A stretch of DNA of 54,272 bases. It comes from a virus (Duplodnaviria; Caudoviricetes). The DNA lies in the IMG/VR virus record IMGVR_UViG_3300035701_000040, positions 1-54,272 of that record; one strand, 5' to 3'. A program made the translations under genes and the position numbers. Within the stretch, counting starts at the first letter, position 1. Every line of letters starts with the position of its first letter. Shown in pieces: positions 52,510 through 54,272 of the stretch. The notes below the pieces were generated by a model. The model had not been told where the DNA came from, did no database searches, and saw nothing but the letters and a program-made list of their open reading frames with translations.

Positions 52510-52911
52510 ATGGGCGACGCTTACGAAGCAATAGCGAAAAATGCGGCCTTGCAACTCGAAGGCTTTAACAGATGGTCGTGGCAATCGCAAATCACCGTTG
52601 TCCGTGAAACAGTAAACGCCGCCCGCCACGAAGCCCTGGTGGAGAAGTTGCCCTGTGGACATCCTGCCTCGTGCCTCATCCATAACAGCTTGGATGCACG
52701 GTCTATATGGTGTGTTTGGTGTGCCGACCGCAAGGCCGTGGCGGAGGCGGCGAGGGAGGCGGGCCGGCAACGGGTCTATGACTTTATGAGTCTGACCCAA
52801 GAAAAATTCACCGCGAAATACGGAACTTCGGTCTTGGAGAACGCTGTTGCCAATCTCGACCTCTCCAAGATTCTCGGGCAAGGCGCAACCAGCGCGAAGG
52901 GAGTGAGATGA
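52510..52911 (+). CDS. Hypothetical protein with CGH..CxxC motif
   Basis: GGAG RBS; LPCGHP..CVWC. Confidence 0.55.
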   Translation: MGDAYEAIAKNAALQLEGFNRWSWQSQITVVRETVNAARHEALVEKLPCGHPASCLIHNSLDARSIWCVWCADRKAVAEAAREAGRQRVYDFMSLTQEKFTAKYGTSVLENAVANLDLSKILGQGATSAKGVR

Positions 52912-53074
52912 ATATTACCAAATTGTATCCACTCAAAGCCGTGGCCGCAGTTCTACTAGTTGTACTGTCAATCTGGGCACCCATTCCGTGGTGGTATAAA
53001 CTTGGCGCGTGGATATGGTTTCTTGGGACCGAGTAGGCCGCGACCGACAGGGGTGAGTGAGCACTGGGTAAATT

Positions 53075-53422
53075 GTGGCAGTCTACGTGGACAACATGAA
53101 AGCCAAGTTCGGTCGGATGCAGATGTGCCACATGATAGCTGACACGTCCAAAGAACTTCTTGAGATGGCGGACAAGATTGAGGTCAGCCGCCGATGGATT
53201 CAGAAACCGGGTACGGCACAAGAACACTTCGATATCTGCAAGAGAAGGCAGGTGCTGGCGGTGGCTTATGGAGCAGTCGAGATTGGCAGTGTCGAACTCA
53301 GTAGGAAGTTGAAGCGCAAGTCCACCACCTGTGAATTTTGTGGAGGGATAGGTTTGGTGCCTCCATACACAATCTGCCAAGCCTGTCTTGGCACAGGCAA
53401 GCGCCCAAAGGAGAAACGATGA
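53075..53422 (+). CDS. DUF4031-family protein fused to a CxxCxGxG zinc finger
   Basis: MAVYVD..MCHMIADT..EL..WIQ..EHFDI..AVAYGA; CEFCGGIG..CQACLGTG. Confidence 0.75.
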   Translation: MAVYVDNMKAKFGRMQMCHMIADTSKELLEMADKIEVSRRWIQKPGTAQEHFDICKRRQVLAVAYGAVEIGSVELSRKLKRKSTTCEFCGGIGLVPPYTICQACLGTGKRPKEKR

Positions 53423-53700
53423 AGCGCACGGCGAAGCGTCCCACGAGAGAAGATAAGTTCTGGGATTTCGTAGAGCGTAACCACCAAGAGGTTTCTAAAT
53501 GGCCGCAGTGGATGAAGGGTGGAAATCCAGTCCCCGAAGGCCGACGCCCAGGAGGGAAACGTGCGTAAACCAACCAGGGCGCAAGCCGCTGCGAGGCGTT
53601 ACATTAGGAAACACGAATTAGACATCCGGCTTCACGCACTCGCAACGTTGGGGTGGCTGTTATGCCCTCCTGCCGCCAAGCCGGGGCCGAGGAGGAAGAA

Positions 53701-53901
53701 ATGAGCGAAGCGTTTGAGAAAGCGTTCGCAAAATTCTTTGGCACTAAATACGACGAGCTAACCGTTGACCCCGAGTATAAGTTTCGTAGTGGCTGGGACG
53801 CCGCCATGCTCCACGAGCACGATAGAGCAACGAGGTACTTCCAAAAGTTGACTTGGAACGAGCGGGACATTCGAGCGTTCTTGGATTGGAGAGGACGATG
53901 A
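53701..53901 (+). CDS. Hypothetical protein
   Basis: GAGGAGG RBS before ATG 53701. Confidence 0.55.
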   Translation: MSEAFEKAFAKFFGTKYDELTVDPEYKFRSGWDAAMLHEHDRATRYFQKLTWNERDIRAFLDWRGR

Positions 53902-54272
53902 GCGAAGAAACTATTAAGCAAGCATGGCGAGATAGCCATTTTGCGGACGACTATCCAATCGGTAAGCGGTTCGAGGAATTCAAATCTGGCTACGCCTGTG
54001 CTGCTTGTGTCTTGGTCCACTGCACCGCCATCGCCCACGGGCGGGAGTTAAACCCCAAGTGCGGGCATCTGATGGCGAATGTTGTAAGAAGGGCGCATAA
54101 GCACACGGAACATTGCCCCGGAGATTGTGAAGTCTACATTGAAGGCTGTCTTACCTGCGAAGCCGTTGCCAAGGTGGTCGATGAGAGGTTGATGGAGTGC
54201 GGGCATCGACGGCTGGACTGGATTGTCTGTGATGGTTGCGGTGGAGATGGTCGTGAATGCACAAAGTGCCAC
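53898..54272 (+). CDS. Cys/His-rich protein spanning the contig junction (continues at 128-271)
   Basis: Open frame from ATG 53898 (MSEETIKQAW) through the terminal overlap into the 29-271 ORF. Confidence 0.7.
   Translation, partial: MSEETIKQAWRDSHFADDYPIGKRFEEFKSGYACAACVLVHCTAIAHGRELNPKCGHLMANVVRRAHKHTEHCPGDCEVYIEGCLTCEAVAKVVDERLMECGHRRLDWIVCDGCGGDGRECTKCH
54146..54272. repeat. Terminal overlap copy 2 (identical to 1-127)
   Basis: Exact match to the window start. Confidence 0.95.

Noticed and set aside
54146-54272. Biological direct terminal repeat
   Set aside because: The length equals a standard assembler k-mer and the repeat falls mid-gene, so it is best read as circular-assembly overlap.
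1-54272. Stop-codon reassignment or CTAG enrichment
   Set aside because: Core genes are intact under the standard code and TAG ends several tightly packed genes. A rough count of CTAG in the first 5 kb was near random expectation.

Overview
The window is a complete, circularly assembled genome of a tailed dsDNA bacteriophage. It has 54,145 unique bp: bases 1-127 repeat exactly at 54146-54272, and one ORF reads through that junction. The gene order is podovirus/P22-like. The minus-strand arm (about 39260 to 5540) carries terminase, portal, scaffold, major capsid, adaptor, nozzle, three ejection-type proteins, a block of signal-peptide-bearing fibre/lectin-like proteins and a lysis region. The plus-strand arm (about 40018 to the end, then 1-5543) carries small early genes, a Cas4-like nuclease/Sak4-like ATPase/SSB module and a family A DNA polymerase. 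I see no integrase, repressor cassette, CRISPR array or canonical tRNA. The strongest candidate for an undescribed system is a four-gene phage-encoded ubiquitin-like conjugation operon at 41593-44656 (Ubl ending in Gly, E2-like protein, ThiF/E1, JAMM peptidase), whose E1 appears to have Tyr at the usual catalytic Cys position. Other notable observations: the UDG-exonuclease-PolA gene is split by a methyltransferase gene and carries an in-frame, hairpin-dense 470-nt insert; the largest ejection protein has an ADP-ribosyltransferase domain and a circularly permuted, synonymously recoded 24-aa duplication; there is a tRNA-like RNA with an expanded anticodon arm, a consensus sigma-54 promoter, a phased iteron cluster and a frameshifted lysin. 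All calls come from reading motifs by eye; no database searches or folding programs were run.
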